From Vicugna vicugna (taxonomy: Eukaryota), in contig MU058645.1 of assembly GCA_013265495.1 (NCBI GenBank), forward strand, positions 248,001 to 312,000: a stretch of 64,000 nucleotides of DNA, given 5' to 3'. The notes beneath the pieces were generated by a model. The model was not told where the DNA came from, did no database searches, and saw only the letters and a program-made list of their open reading frames with translations. Position numbers and translations under genes: made by a program. This document shows positions 21,691 through 34,312 of the stretch, piece after piece (position 1 is the first letter of the stretch; every line of letters starts with the position of its first letter).

Positions 21691-23296
21691 CATTTAATAA
21701 TTTATACCAACTTTTCCTCATTAAAGATATGCTTTGATTTTATGTAAAAAATGCTTGCCTAGAAGTGATCAAAATAATTAGAAACTCCATCCCACAAATT
21801 TTTATTTACTGCCACCTAGATGTAATATCTAAGATGAAAATATTGAATCATTTTCCTTGAACAACGTATCATGCTGGCTGGATTGCTTATGCATAATTTT
21901 AAAGCATTTTATAGAAGATAATGGAACTTGATATAAAATACTGATTAAAGCAAAGCATAGAGAATTTTTCATGCATTACATATCTCCATAATATAAGATG
22001 AAGCACATGTTGCATTAATTTATTATGGCAAGAGGAGTCACAATTAATCAGATATTACAAAGTGAGTTTCCTTAATCTGTGCTGTGGTACTATTTTATTT
22101 TATGTAACATTATTCATGCAAATGGTGTAAATCGCCTTAGAGACTTAAACAACGGCCATAGACCATAATGACAAATAATATGAGAGAAAAATATTAATGA
22201 GCAGAGGAAAGTGAGAAAAGATACACTATCAAAGGAGAAAGCAGAAGGGATTGAAAATGTAATTTAAAGTCGTGCCGAAATGGATTGGTTGTTTCCAGGA
22301 AGAACATTTACATCAGGCTCCCAGAACATTTACCAGCCAGCGGTCTGAGTAATATTTCACTTTAGTAAGAATAACGAAGATGCAGCACAGAGTGCAGCTA
22401 GTTTAAAGGCAGACGAGAAAATTCAAGCTCTAGTGAAGAGAGAGAAACCAGATGTTGGTTTTTTATATGGAAAAATCTGAGGTTCTGAAGTCCTCTACCA
22501 CTTAGTAACAAACCATAAGTCCCTCACCATCACATTAGCTAAAACCCTAGGATGGGATTTTCTGAAGCCAAATGGGCCATCATTAATTCTCTTGAGAGGT
22601 ATTGTTCAGAGAATGTTGAGCAAAGCACAATCTATTTGTATTCCTGGATCTGTGTTGGGCTGAACATCCCCTAAATGCAGAAGGGTGTCATTAAGACACC
22701 TGAGACCATTGAGGGAGAAACCTGCCACCAAAATTTATTCAAACACCAAGACAAGGGGCCTTTATTTTACCAAAAACAAAAATTAGAGATTTCTACCCCT
22801 CAAAAAGGCAGATGCAGGTCATGGTCTGGGTTAACTTGTATAAGGCTGACTCAAAAAATATCTTAGATTTTCATATGTGACATTTGCAAAACCGTCTTAA
22901 TAATTTGCAGTCAGAATCAGCACAGATGTGAGCACTTGTAAATCCATGAATATTTCTACAAACTTAAAGGATAATTCTACCAAATCAATTTATTTTGGTC
23001 TTTACATTTAAGATGGAACATGGCTGCATAATCAATGATGGGCCAGTAGGAAAGTAACAACTACCCACCACCCGAAAGTAACAAAGCAAAACAAAACAAA
23101 AAAAACACAAAAAACAAACAGAGAAAAGTTTAAATAAAGGGTAAAATAAGAAAATGGGAGAAAACATTTGCTGGATGTGTTCCCTTAGTCCGATAATCTC
23201 AACAGTAGTTCTATAAATGCTAGGTCACATAATACATGATTTTCCCCCCTTTAGTCAATGTATTACACTTTTGAACTTATCAGCCTAACCATGGGC

Positions 23297-23895
23297 TTTT
23301 TCCATTGTATAAATATTCCACATCTTCTTTATCCAGTCATCTGCTGATGGACATTTAGGCTGTTTCCATGCCCTGGCTATTGTAAATAATGCTGCTATGA
23401 ATATTGGGGTGCAGGTGTCATCCTGAAGTAGGATTCCTTCTGGATATATGCCCAGGAGCGGGATTCCTGGGTCACACGGTAAGTCTATTCCTAGTCTTTT
23501 GAGAAATCTCCATACTGTTTTCCACAGTGGCTGCACCAAACTGTATTCCCACCAGCAGTGCAGGAGGGTTCCCTTTTCTCCACAGCCTCTCCAGCATTTG
23601 TCATTTGTGGACTTTTGAATGATGGCCATTCTGACTGGTGTGAGGTGATACCTCATTATAGTTTTGATTTGCATTTCTCTGATAATTAGTGATATTGAGC
23701 ATTTTTTCATGTGTCTATTGATAAATTACATGTCTTCCTTGGAGAATTGCTTGTTTAGGTCTTCTGCTCATTTTTGGATTGGGTTGTTTATTTTCTTCTT
23801 ATTGAGTCGTATGAGCTGCTTATATGTTCTGGATATCAAGCCTTTGTCGGTTTCATTTGCAAAAATTTTTTCCCATTCCATAGGTTGTCTTTTTG
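23297..23895 (-). mobile_element. Young LINE-1 ORF2 C-terminal fragment (truncated at both ends)
   Basis: ORF 23285-23710 reads [31 protein letters not shown]...[19 protein letters not shown]...[33 protein letters not shown], the L1 ORF2p C-terminal/zinc-knuckle region. It is open for 141 codons. Confidence 0.95.
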
Positions 23896-26559
23896 TGTCT
23901 CTTGACCTTGTTTTTGGACATTTACTCACTTCTCACAGGATATAAAGATACTGTGGAGTTCACTGAGGACAGAAAGTGCCACTTCTGGGGAGCAGGAGTG
24001 ATGCTGAACTAAATTGGAAACTTTGTTGACATGGGGGGAAATGATGTGACAGATTAAGAGTCTGCAAAGCCTAAATTGAGGCCAACTTTAGATAAATAAA
24101 ATCAAGAAATTACATAGAAAAGAAATGACCTTAATTAAAAGCACTGAAGTGAGTTATTGTGCTATATTCCTGCATAACTGTTTTATTCCAGCAAAGATGT
24201 GGATGGGTACACAGTTCACATGAAGGTTTAATGATGTGCAAAATCTACCATAGAAATTCAAGAGGGCAGATCACCTGAGCAATTTGTGCTTTGGGAAGTT
24301 TAACAAGAATTAATAATAGTACATTGAAGGACAACCTGAGTGAGGGAGTCAATGAAAATTTGACATCAGTAACATATGTGGTCACCTTCGCCTGGCACTG
24401 TAATCAGAATACCAGAAAGATGCTCCCGCTAGAATTACACTCCTGTGCACCAGACAGCGGCTCCCAGTCACCCAGCAAATGACCTGCTGTTCTCTTGTTT
24501 CACAACCATTGCAGCCAGGAATGAACCGCTTATATTTCATGATGGCCAACTCAAACCAAGACGCAATCACTTCTTTCTAGTCCTCTGCATCACAAACTTG
24601 TTGGTTACCTAAACTCCTTTTCCTCCCTAACAGAACTCTGTGTGTTTTGTCTCTGTTTTTGCTTTTTCCCCTCATGTATCTGTCTCTTTTCCTGGCCACG
24701 TGCCTCAGGAGACTCTGACCCACCCACCTCCAGGAATTGACTGCACTGGTTTAAGGAAAGTCCTACTCTTGCTAACAGCTGGCTTACAGGGCTGTAGAGG
24801 ACTGGAGTCTAGGCAAGGGTGCCAGAGAAGAACTCTGCTGGGGAAATCCCCAGAAAGACTCTTCATGCCTGAGAGAGCTTTGCAGAAGAGACGGTCCTTG
24901 TGTTCCCACTGCATCTATCAGATCCGCATGAGAAGCAGGCAAGGACACAGCCCTCCTGCTCCCAGTCTGAAGTTGAGCCCATCCTGAGGATGGCTCAGTG
25001 GAGAAGCAGCAAGAACTCTGGTCCTTGAGACACGACGGATCCAGCATCGTCTCTAAGCTTCTGGGTTCCAGGCACAAGAGTCATTTCCTCCTTCAGTCAA
25101 CTGAGTGGTGGCTGTGTTCTTTCAGCCACATACGTCTTATTGAAAATTCACAGGAAATTCAGGAAGAAAAAGTTGGGCATGGAATAGACATGCCTCACTG
25201 TTCACTGTTTTCAAAGTATTCCTTTCCACCTTTTCAATAATGCATTGCAGAGGTTAAAAAAAAAAAGAAAAAGAAAGTTTGACCCAAAATTCATTGAATT
25301 GTCACTCGAAAAAAATTTGTCGTGCAAAAAAAGTTGGAAATTCATTTTAGTTTTACTCTGTGTATCCTGCAGTTTTGAAGGTGAAAATTATATAGGCAAA
25401 TAGAAATTTAAATAGCTTACTCGACTCTGCATTTATTGATCCCCAGCCAGGTAGCGCAGGGCACTATGCTTGATGTAACAATACAGAGATAGAACAAAAA
25501 TAGAAAGATCTATTTCAATATACATGAAATTTAAAGGATAACCTTTTTTTTTTTTTTTGGTTTCTTTCTAGAAGCCGTCCTTTCCCTGACCCAGCTACAC
25601 TAACTGTGCTAACTTTGATCACTGTGAACTGCCAGGATTCACCACTTCCCTGGGGAGCCCGGGTACATGCGGCTATCTTCTCCAGCTTAGCAGATTCAGC
25701 CTCTGCTGTGTGTTCATCTTAAAGTGAGTGTTCAGAAATATTTATGCATTAGTGAATAAATAATTGCCACTCTCCTTGGTTAAAGTCACCTCAAAACCTG
25801 GCCTCCAGCGCAGGTTTCCACGTAGCAGATTACACACACATGACGGCCCAGCAGCCAGGCAGCATGAACACCGATCTCACAGAAGCAGCACTAACTCCAG
25901 CCGAAGACCAAAGTTCACGTTCTTGGAAACTGCCTCTCACTAATGACCTGCTGCCGAGTGTCTCTGGCAGAGACACACCATTCACGCGTGCCAGCATGCC
26001 CTTCCATAATTTATCGTTTGTAAATAATTTAAGAGTTCTTTTTTTCAACCAGCCTATTAACACATGTAATTAAAACCAAGTTTACAATCGCACTCTCTAA
26101 GGGTCCACAAAGATTACTACTGGGCTTTCGAAATGTCAGCCAACAAAAATCAGAATTAATTATCCGCCTTCCTCTATGCATGCAGTTTGTGGCTTGTATT
26201 GTCCTTTCTCTGTGATTCTCAACCATGCTCAGCTGCATCAGGAAACATTCTCTGAAAGTCGGAAATTTGTAAGATGACTTCCTTTTCTAAGCTGGTCAGT
26301 TTGTACTGGGATTTCTGCAAGCAGTGGATCTTTTATTTAGTAAGTACCCTGATGAGTTAATGATGAGAAAACACTTTATTTCTTGGTAAGACACCAGCCC
26401 TGACTGCCAGACAAGCACAGGGTATCAGCACGAGCTGCGCCCAGGGACCTGTGTTTGGCGCACTCGGTTTTTGCCCGCCCAGCTTCCCCACAGCTCTCGG
26501 TGTGGTCTCGCAGTCCACAGTCATTGCCACCCCCTGATTCAGACCTCTGGCTTGATGAG

Positions 26560-26900
26560 CACAGGGGTCGGATCCTGGCTTGTCCTCTCACTGAGTTACC
26601 TTAGACAAGTCGCTAAGCTTCCCTAAGTGCCTCACCAGCAAAATGATGGCAATATTTCTATGCCTCCGACGAGTATACAGGATGTGGGGAGTATGAGGTA
26701 AGTGTCACCTGTTGAGAAGAGCAGACGCTTGGAAGCCACAGAACTGGGTTGAGGGCTGGAATGAACATTTACCGTACATGCAAATAGAGAAAATTACTTA
26801 GTCTATTTAAGTTTCGGTCTTCTTGTCAACGAAATGGAAGCATTACATGCACTTCATATTTTGAGGCTAATTTGAATAATAAGTATAAAATAATTTGAAT
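26560..26900 (+). mobile_element. Two MIR fragments
   Basis: GGATCCTGGCT...ACTGAGTTACCTTAGACAAGTCGCTAAGCTTCCCTAAGTGCCTCA, then a second GAAGCCACAGAACTGGGTTGAG...TTTCGGTCTTCTTGTC...AAATGG. Confidence 0.6.
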
Positions 26901-27939
26901 ATACTTTATGCTCAGGAAATAAAAACTGCTATTTTGGTTTTCTAGCTCTTTGTGTTTTGTTTTTTCAAATACATACATGTTAATTCCTCCTGCCTATGTG
27001 TCATTATATTATTTCATCTTTCCCTGCACTGCCTGCTTTAAAACATTGGGATCTGACTAAATGGAAACTAATGGACCGATCATTACCGTTAAGCAATCTG
27101 CGGACTAGATTTCTGCACAAAGAAAGAAACTTAGGAACAATGGTATTATTTTTCATAAACCTGGCCAGTGTCCAAGGACTTTGCCTTCTCTTGGAAATGA
27201 ATTTTCTTCTCACTGGAAATCTCTGGTGCTAAGATTAGCTGAGAGCCACCATCACACTGACTCTCTGGTGGTCAGCAAATCGCTGCTCTGACCTTTTATT
27301 TTCCCTCCTGGAAAGAAGGGATAAGGAACTGGGAAGGGTCTTACTTCCCACCAACCACTGACAGAGTCATACACCACAGAGAGTGCAAAATGCTGCTGGC
27401 TACTTAGAAAAAAAAACTACACGGAGAAAAGCATTTTGTTGTTTACTTCACCATTAGCTACTTAACTTTTAACCAGGCTGTTTTTCTTAAATCATGTAAA
27501 TTGAGACTTTTGTCTTTTTTTTTTAAACAAATTGTACCTCAGGTGCACAGAATCTGGTTAATCATAACCCTAGCTTCACAGTATATTTTCATGATTTATC
27601 TGTGCATTAGTCAAATTTTAAATTTATTTAAAAATATACTTTACACCAATGAAACCACCACTCCAAACAGCTATTAAAATAGTTTCTATTAATTATTAAG
27701 GAAACTTTTAAAAATATGCCATAAATGTACCAAAAAGAAGAGGAATGTCTTTCTAAAACATCCCTGACATCATGGAGCATGTCCTATGGCTTTAAAAAAA
27801 AGCTTTCTATGCTCCACAATAAGGCATCAAATAAATGAAACAGGAAATGATCACACAGCATATATACATTTGTTTTGTGAAGAAGATTAATGGCAAAATA
27901 GAAAAGAAAATTTCTCAGGCAAATGTAAACAAATATTTC

Positions 27940-28150
27940 TGGAAACCTGTGGTCCACAGACCAGTTGCATTAAAATGACCTGAAGTACACATTAGCAATG
28001 AGCATCGATGCCGCCCCTGATTATCCAATCAGAATCTTCGGCTATGAAGAAAGTCACATTGTGTTTGATTTTTGTTTGCTCCTTTGCTATTTCTGTTTTG
28101 TTCTTACTAAGCCCCAGAGAGAGGCACTACTGAAGATTCGATGATCATCT
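27940..28150. mobile_element. hAT-Charlie MER5-like fragment
   Basis: GTGGTCCACAGACCAGTTGCATTAAAATGACCTG...AATCAGAATCT resembles MER5A. Confidence 0.5.
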
Positions 28151-29096
28151 GGATCAATGTCTGAGCAAAGTGTGACCCCTGTAATGTCTACAGTTAAGGA
28201 CATTTTAAGAAATGTGAAGATAAGCAAATGGATGCCCCTTGTAACTGATCATCTTAAAAAAAAAAATCCAAACACCATGTAATATGGTGAAAGATGACTG
28301 ATACCTGGGAACAGAACTAGGGTGTTCCTACGTTGTCAAATGTTGAAATTTATTGCCTAATGAAGAAAGAATGCCCATCCGAAATACAATGTAAGTGTGT
28401 TTTCAAATGTTTTACCTTAGAGTTGGCAGAAATTTATGACTTCTTAAAGAATATACAGCAAAGTAACTTCTAGACTTGTTTCTCCTGAAAAGTAATCTTT
28501 ACATAATTTATCTTAATTTTTACAATTTTTCATAAAAGGTACTTTCTTGGGATACCAGGAGAGGATAAGAAACTTCTGGTACTTTTAGAAACTTCCGAAT
28601 TATAAAAGCAAATTTAGTTTAGAAGATTACCAACATACCTTCCTTTTTTGCTTAGAAACTTAATAGTTATGTGAAAATCATTAAAATAAAACAAATCTAC
28701 CACAAAATATGTAGAAATAAAGCATATGAATTATTTCACAGTGTGATTATACCCAAGTGGATTTCCCAGGGTGACAGGTGTACCAAGAAGACATTGTCTT
28801 CCTGTTTTTCAGAAATGTTTTTCATTGACAAGGTACATGAAGCCAAATTTATTCATTGAATGTACTTATGAAAGTCTGTATTCAGTTGCTTAAAAATGTA
28901 TTTTTTTATGTTTGACTACTTTTATTTCTGATTTTATTTTATAATTATCTAGAAGTTTGCTTTAATTTAGAAAAAAGTGTAAGAAGCATCAAAGTTTTGG
29001 TAGAAGTAGCCATATTAAAAATATATGTATGTATATACACACATATGTATATCTGCCTTTATGTTGACATAATTTAAAAGGCTTCAATTAGAAATG

Positions 29097-29606
29097 TTTA
29101 CTTAGCATAATGCCATCAAGGTCCATCCATGCTGTTGCAAATGGCAGGATTCCCTTCTTTTTCATGGCTGAATAATATTCCATTGTACTGTGTGTGTATG
29201 CAGATGTATATATATACCACATCTTCTTTATCTTCTTTTACACGATCACTCTTAGAGTATAATAGAAATCACCAGGATCTGCAACATGTAGGAAATAGGG
29301 GAATGTCAAAGGATTCAAACTTCCAATTATAAGATGAATAAGTTCTGAAAATCACACATACATCATGGTAACTGTAGATTGTAATACTTGTTATACACTT
29401 GGAAATTGCTAAGAGAATGAGTAGATCTTAAGTATCCTCACCACAAAAAAGAAACAGTAATTATGTGATTTGATGGCAGTGTTAGCCAACCTATGACGGT
29501 AATCATTTTGCAACATGTAGGTGTATCAAATCAACACAATGTGCTTCTTAAATTTACATAATGTTGTCTATAAATTATGTCTCAATAAAGCTGAGGAAAA
29601 TAAATA
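29097..29606 (+). mobile_element. LINE-1 3' end (L1MA9/10-like) with an inverted 5' segment
   Basis: 29097-29232 is antisense L1 (CTTAGCATAATGCC...CCACATCTTCTTTATC). About 29240-29606 is sense 3' UTR ending TCTCAATAAAGCTGAGGAAAATAAA. Confidence 0.8.
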
Positions 29607-30309
29607 TTTTGAAATTAAGTTTATATAATTATCCTTTAGAAAAAAATTAAATAATTAATACAATTGCAAATGCCATTTTAGTAAATTAAAGTTTGAGCAT
29701 AACTGGTAAATTTTTATTTATTAAAAGATTTAATTCTTAAAATCTTAAAATTTTCAGGGATGTGTATATTAAAATCAGAATACAATTGTAGTTGAAACAA
29801 ATGTCTTGTTTTTTCAATTGTGATAGTGCTGTCACATGTAAACAATTTCAGTGTTTTTCATTGTCTCACTAATTATTAGTGGCAGAATTTATTTATCATT
29901 ATTAGAACTGAAAACCAACTAGTCTGAACAGCAGACATAGTCAAAAAGTCTTGATATGTAGCAGGAGGCATTTTCAAAGATATTCAGCTGTACTCTATGT
30001 ACTTACCAAATTCCCTTTCTACCAAGAACGCTACCATAGGACTTGTGAGTAAATTCTCAGCTGACAGGTGCTGATGGAGCGCATATTACTTGCCAAGATT
30101 TGGGCTGGATTTTGGCATAGTGGTAACAAAGCGAACAAAATGAATGAAGGCTGAGAAAGTAGATGGATAGACAGATAGGCATAGATATGTTCTAAATACT
30201 TTACACACGTAAGTCATACAATCCTCAAATACCATGAGGTGGGCAATGCCACTTCTCTTTTTACTGAAGATGAGAAAGAGAAGTAACTCACTTAATTTTT
30301 TTAAACATC

Positions 30310-30445
30310 AACATTGCTTATAATTTCCAAGATACGGAAGCATCCTAAGTGCACATCAATAGATGAATGGATAAAGAAGATGCAGCATGTATGTAATGGA
30401 ATACAATTCACTCACAAAAAGAAGGATATTTTACCATTTGTGGCT
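30310..30445 (+). mobile_element. LINE-1 ORF2-end fragment
   Basis: CCAAGATACGGAAGCATCCTAAGTGCACATCAATAGATGAATGGATAAAGAAGATG...CCATTTGTG. Confidence 0.8.
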
Positions 30446-30509
30446 GTTCAGTCACTTTCTTTTTTCACTTCCAAAACCAGAGTTTTATAACTGGCACAAA
30501 CATTCCACT

Positions 30510-30710
30510 GCTTTGGGTCTGTAGGTTGCTTTGGGTAGCACATCCGTCTTGATAATGTTGATTCTTCCCATCCAAGAGCCCGAGATATCTTTCCATTTCT
30601 TTGTATCATCTTTAATTTCCTTCATCAGTGTTTTACAGTTGTCAGAGCATAGGTAACTTTCTTCGTTAAGTTTATTTCTAGGTATTTTGTTGTTTTTATG
30701 CAATGGAAAT
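30510..30710 (-). mobile_element. LINE-1 ORF2 fragment
   Basis: ORF 30485-30703 contains NCKTLMKEIKDDTKKWKDISGSWMGRINIIKTDVLPKATYR, a conserved post-RT ORF2p segment. Confidence 0.9.
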
Positions 30711-30789
30711 GTTTATGCTAGTTAATATTTTTATTATCACCTTGTGTCATGGTTGTCTGAAGACAGCCTTATTTTTCTTGGATACAACA

Positions 30790-31500
30790 TTGTCAAATAA
30801 TATTTAGTAAATAAATGAAAAAGTAGGAATGAATAGCATTTGAAGAGAACCTGCAGAAATGGGCCGCAAGGCAAAGTCAAAATAAGAAAAATTAAAGAGG
30901 TCAAGTAAGGCTTGAAGAGAGATTTGAATGAGAGGACAAGAAAGGACAGAGAGAATTGCTTTATAGTAGGACTAAAAGGTTAACGTGTATGAGCGAATTT
31001 GTTTAGCAGAAACAGAGAACAACAGTTGGAATGTAGCAAGAGCAGAGACCAGCTGACTACCGTAAAGTGCGAAATTGTTCTGGGTCTTAATGTAAGAGGT
31101 TTCAATCTAATACAAGTGGCTATTGTGAGCCCTCAAGGGCTCTTACAGATAGTAATGATCAGTCCCGAGCAGGAGAAGATAGCTCTTAACGTTAGTGTAG
31201 AACTGATCAAAGCTGGGTGAAGCGAGCAGAGAGGCCAGGTCGGGAACAGCGGGCGAAGCGGGCAATTAGCTCTACATCACAGCCAAGGAGACAGAGACCC
31301 ACAATCACAGCAGGAGAGTGACTGGACCTGGAAGTGGATTGCATGGAAGGGATGTTTAATTAAAAATAACAGGTGTGAAACGACCCACCCCAAGCTTAAA
31401 TATTATGAAGTTTAGCATATTAGCGATAACTTCAGTTCCGCTGGATAACCTGAACAACAGAAACCTGGGCATTGCAAGAAGAGGTCGTATTTGTGAACAA
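30790..31500 (-). mobile_element. L2 fragments
   Basis: Purine-rich antisense-L2 motifs (GAGATTTGAATGA, AGGCAGA/AGCAGAAACAG, GAGGCCAGGTCGGGAA, GGATAACCTG). Highly diverged. Confidence 0.45.
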
Positions 31501-31949
31501 AAAGATACGAAGGCCAATTTTTTTTTAAGGTGTGGGCAGTCTTCTATTGTTTAGAGACATTTGCCCAACATACTGCCGCTCTATTGAGGCCATCGAATTA
31601 GGTGAATTGAACTAACTTTAGGAGGAGATGCACCGTAGAAGCAAACAATTGTGAACCAGAAATTTCTGTGAAAAACGATTACAAACACGTGGACCCTGTG
31701 ACCTCCATTCAAGCCCCTTGCCCTGTGCCCACGGCCAGGCCCACTCCACGTGAAGTGCCAACCAACGCACTCCTCAGAGCAGAATCAAAGCCTCTGGAAC
31801 TTTTCAAGGCAAGGTATTTATAGTTCAGTTCCAATATCTTTCAGCCAAATCAGCTATTCACCAGAGATCATATAAAGTGAAACAGTGTTTAAACACAGTA
31901 TGAAAGTCCCATTAAAACATTAAAAACCGTATTAGCGGGAGCTTAGCAA

Positions 31950-32720
31950 AATGATACTAAACCTCATCTGAAAACTCTTAAAAATATATAGGGTAACAAT
32001 GGTAAGCCAACACTTTCAAAGATTAAACTTAGTATGAAAGCTAAAAAAATTAACACCATTTGATGAGAAGAAACACATAGTTTACTGAATAATACAAACC
32101 ACATAAACACAAAAAAATGCAGAAATTCAGATTATAGTGCAGTCTCATTTTGTGTGAAAGGAGGAATTATGCTTCATACTTAGTTTGAGAAGACTGGCTC
32201 TTTGGGGAAAAATAAAGCTAGATCTGTATCTTATTACTGAATCAAATAGAATTCCCATTTGATCAAGTTTAAATGTAAAAAATTAACCCTCAACAGTTCA
32301 AGAAAAAAGGTGTGAATTTTTTATAATTGTAATGTATGAAAATATAAACAAAAGCCATAAGAGAAAAACTGGTAGATCTAATTTTATAAATATTTAAAGT
32401 TACTAAATTAAAAAAGAATGTGATAAGTTAAATGTACATTGGTAATTAAAGAATATCACTCATAATCTAAATGAGATGGCAATCACCGAATTTCTCAATT
32501 TATAAAAAGTACATATGTATCATTATGAAGTGATGGGTAGCTCAGTAGAAAAAGCTAATTACATGAATAGACAATTTATAGGGAAAAAAAACACAGGTCA
32601 AAAATAAATAAATTTCAAATCTCAACTCAAAATAAAAAAAGTGACTTAAAATGATAAAAAATTCCAACTGCAGAAATATTAGGAATGGTAATATTAGCCT
32701 ATGAATGATAAATATTATTT
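31950..32720 (+). mobile_element. Old LINE-1 (L1ME-like) ORF2 fragments
   Basis: AAAATGATACTAAA, AAATAAAGCTAGATC, TTTAAATGTAAAA, ATGAATAGACAATTTATAG motifs. Confidence 0.6.
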
Positions 32721-33229
32721 CCCACACAATGTGGCTTTCCACCTTATTGACTTACTTAATCCTCTCAGCAGACCTTTGAGATAAGGAACACGGCTGACCT
32801 CCCAAAGTGAGTACTTGCAGGAGTTGTGATTCAGTTTCAAACAGGACTTGTCCAGAGTCCAGTCGTAACAAATGTGGCAAAAATTAAGAGCATTTCTAAT
32901 TCTTTGTCCTTGGACACAGGAAGAGAAGCAGAAACTCCTAAAACATGCTCATGGGAGTGGGAAGACTTTTGGAGGCTATTTGGTCGTATTTGTATAATTT
33001 TACCCTATTGGTTTTATTGCCAATAAATTATTCCTCAATAGTCACTTTTATACATTTCCAAGATATAGATAAGGAAGTTTCATTTAGTTTGTAAGAGCAA
33101 AGCATATGTAAACTGAAGAATTTGCCAACTGGAAAGCTGGTTGAACAATATATTGTAACAACCCTCATTTTTTAAATCAGCTTATTGTATGAGATTCATA
33201 GAATCTTGATTTCAAAACAGTTAAGGGTA

Positions 33230-34175
33230 GTATAAGAAAAAACTTATGGGCCTATTTAACTTACCTATCCAGATATAAGTAATATATTGTCTCTTCAAAT
33301 CCAACAGTGTGTGAGATAAATAAATCATGATCAAGTAATGTTTATCCAAGAATGAAAAAATAGTTCCATAATAAATAACCTATCAGTGCAATTTACCAGA
33401 CTGAAGGGAGAAAATCGGGTAATTATCTTAGTAGATCCAGAAAAAGCATTTGTTAATGTTCAATATCTATTTGTGATTTTTAAAAGCCTCAGCCCGTTAG
33501 GACTAAAAAGAATTTCCTAACATGCTAGAAGTTGCAAATCAAAAGTCTACAGCAAATGTTATACCAAATGGAGAAATTATAGACTCGTTTTCTTTAAAAG
33601 GCCGAAGAAGACAAGCATGTGTATTTTCTTTCACCACTACTGTTCAACAGAGAACAGAGTCCCTAGCCAATGTTGTAAGGAAAAAAAAAAAAAAAGTAAA
33701 AGAAAACCCAAGCAAGGCAGTGATTTCCAGGGAAAAGAAAAACAAACAGCTTCATTCAGTGATGATTGTCCCATCCAGGCAGGCAGCAAACATTATCTTC
33801 AGACAAACTGTGATAACGAGACAGTTCAACATATTTACTAAATAATGAATACATTACAAAAAGCAGTAAAATTTGTCTGTGGTGAAGCAATGGAAAATAA
33901 AATAACATACAATAAAATGCTTAATAAAGATTAAATACAGACTAAGACATGAAAGAAGTTCTGAGTAAATGATCGAGAAAGGTCTAAATAAATTGATGAG
34001 CTGACATATTATGAAAATACTGATTTCCTCCAAATTAATTATGAAATTCAATGCAATGTCAATTAAAATTTCAGCTGGATTTTTTGGGGAGCTCAAGAAT
34101 CTTATTTTGAAATTTATATGGGAAAATAAAGATCCAAAGACAGCTAAGAAACATGGAAATTGTTAAAATATCAGT
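33230..34175 (+). mobile_element. Old LINE-1 ORF2 reverse-transcriptase region
   Basis: TAGATCCAGAAAAAGCATTTG (DAEKAF motif). ORF 33522-33845 reads KSTANVIPNGEIIDSFSLKGRRRQAC. Downstream AAATTCAATGCAAT and ATTTTGAAATTTATATGG. Confidence 0.85.
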
Positions 34176-34199
34176 AATAACTCTCATCATTAAAATGTC

Positions 34200-34312
34200 A
34201 ATTTTATGAAGGCAGGGAGTTTTGCCTTTTTTGTTCACTGCTAAACCTCTATTATATAGGATCAAGGCTGGCACATAACAGACACTCAACAAATATTAGT
34301 TGAGTGAGTGAA
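34200..34312 (+). mobile_element. L2 3' terminus
   Basis: ATGAAGGCAGGGAGTTTTG...TTTTGTTCACTGCT...CTGGCACATAACAGACACTCAACAAATATTAGTTGAGTGAGTGAA. Confidence 0.85.
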
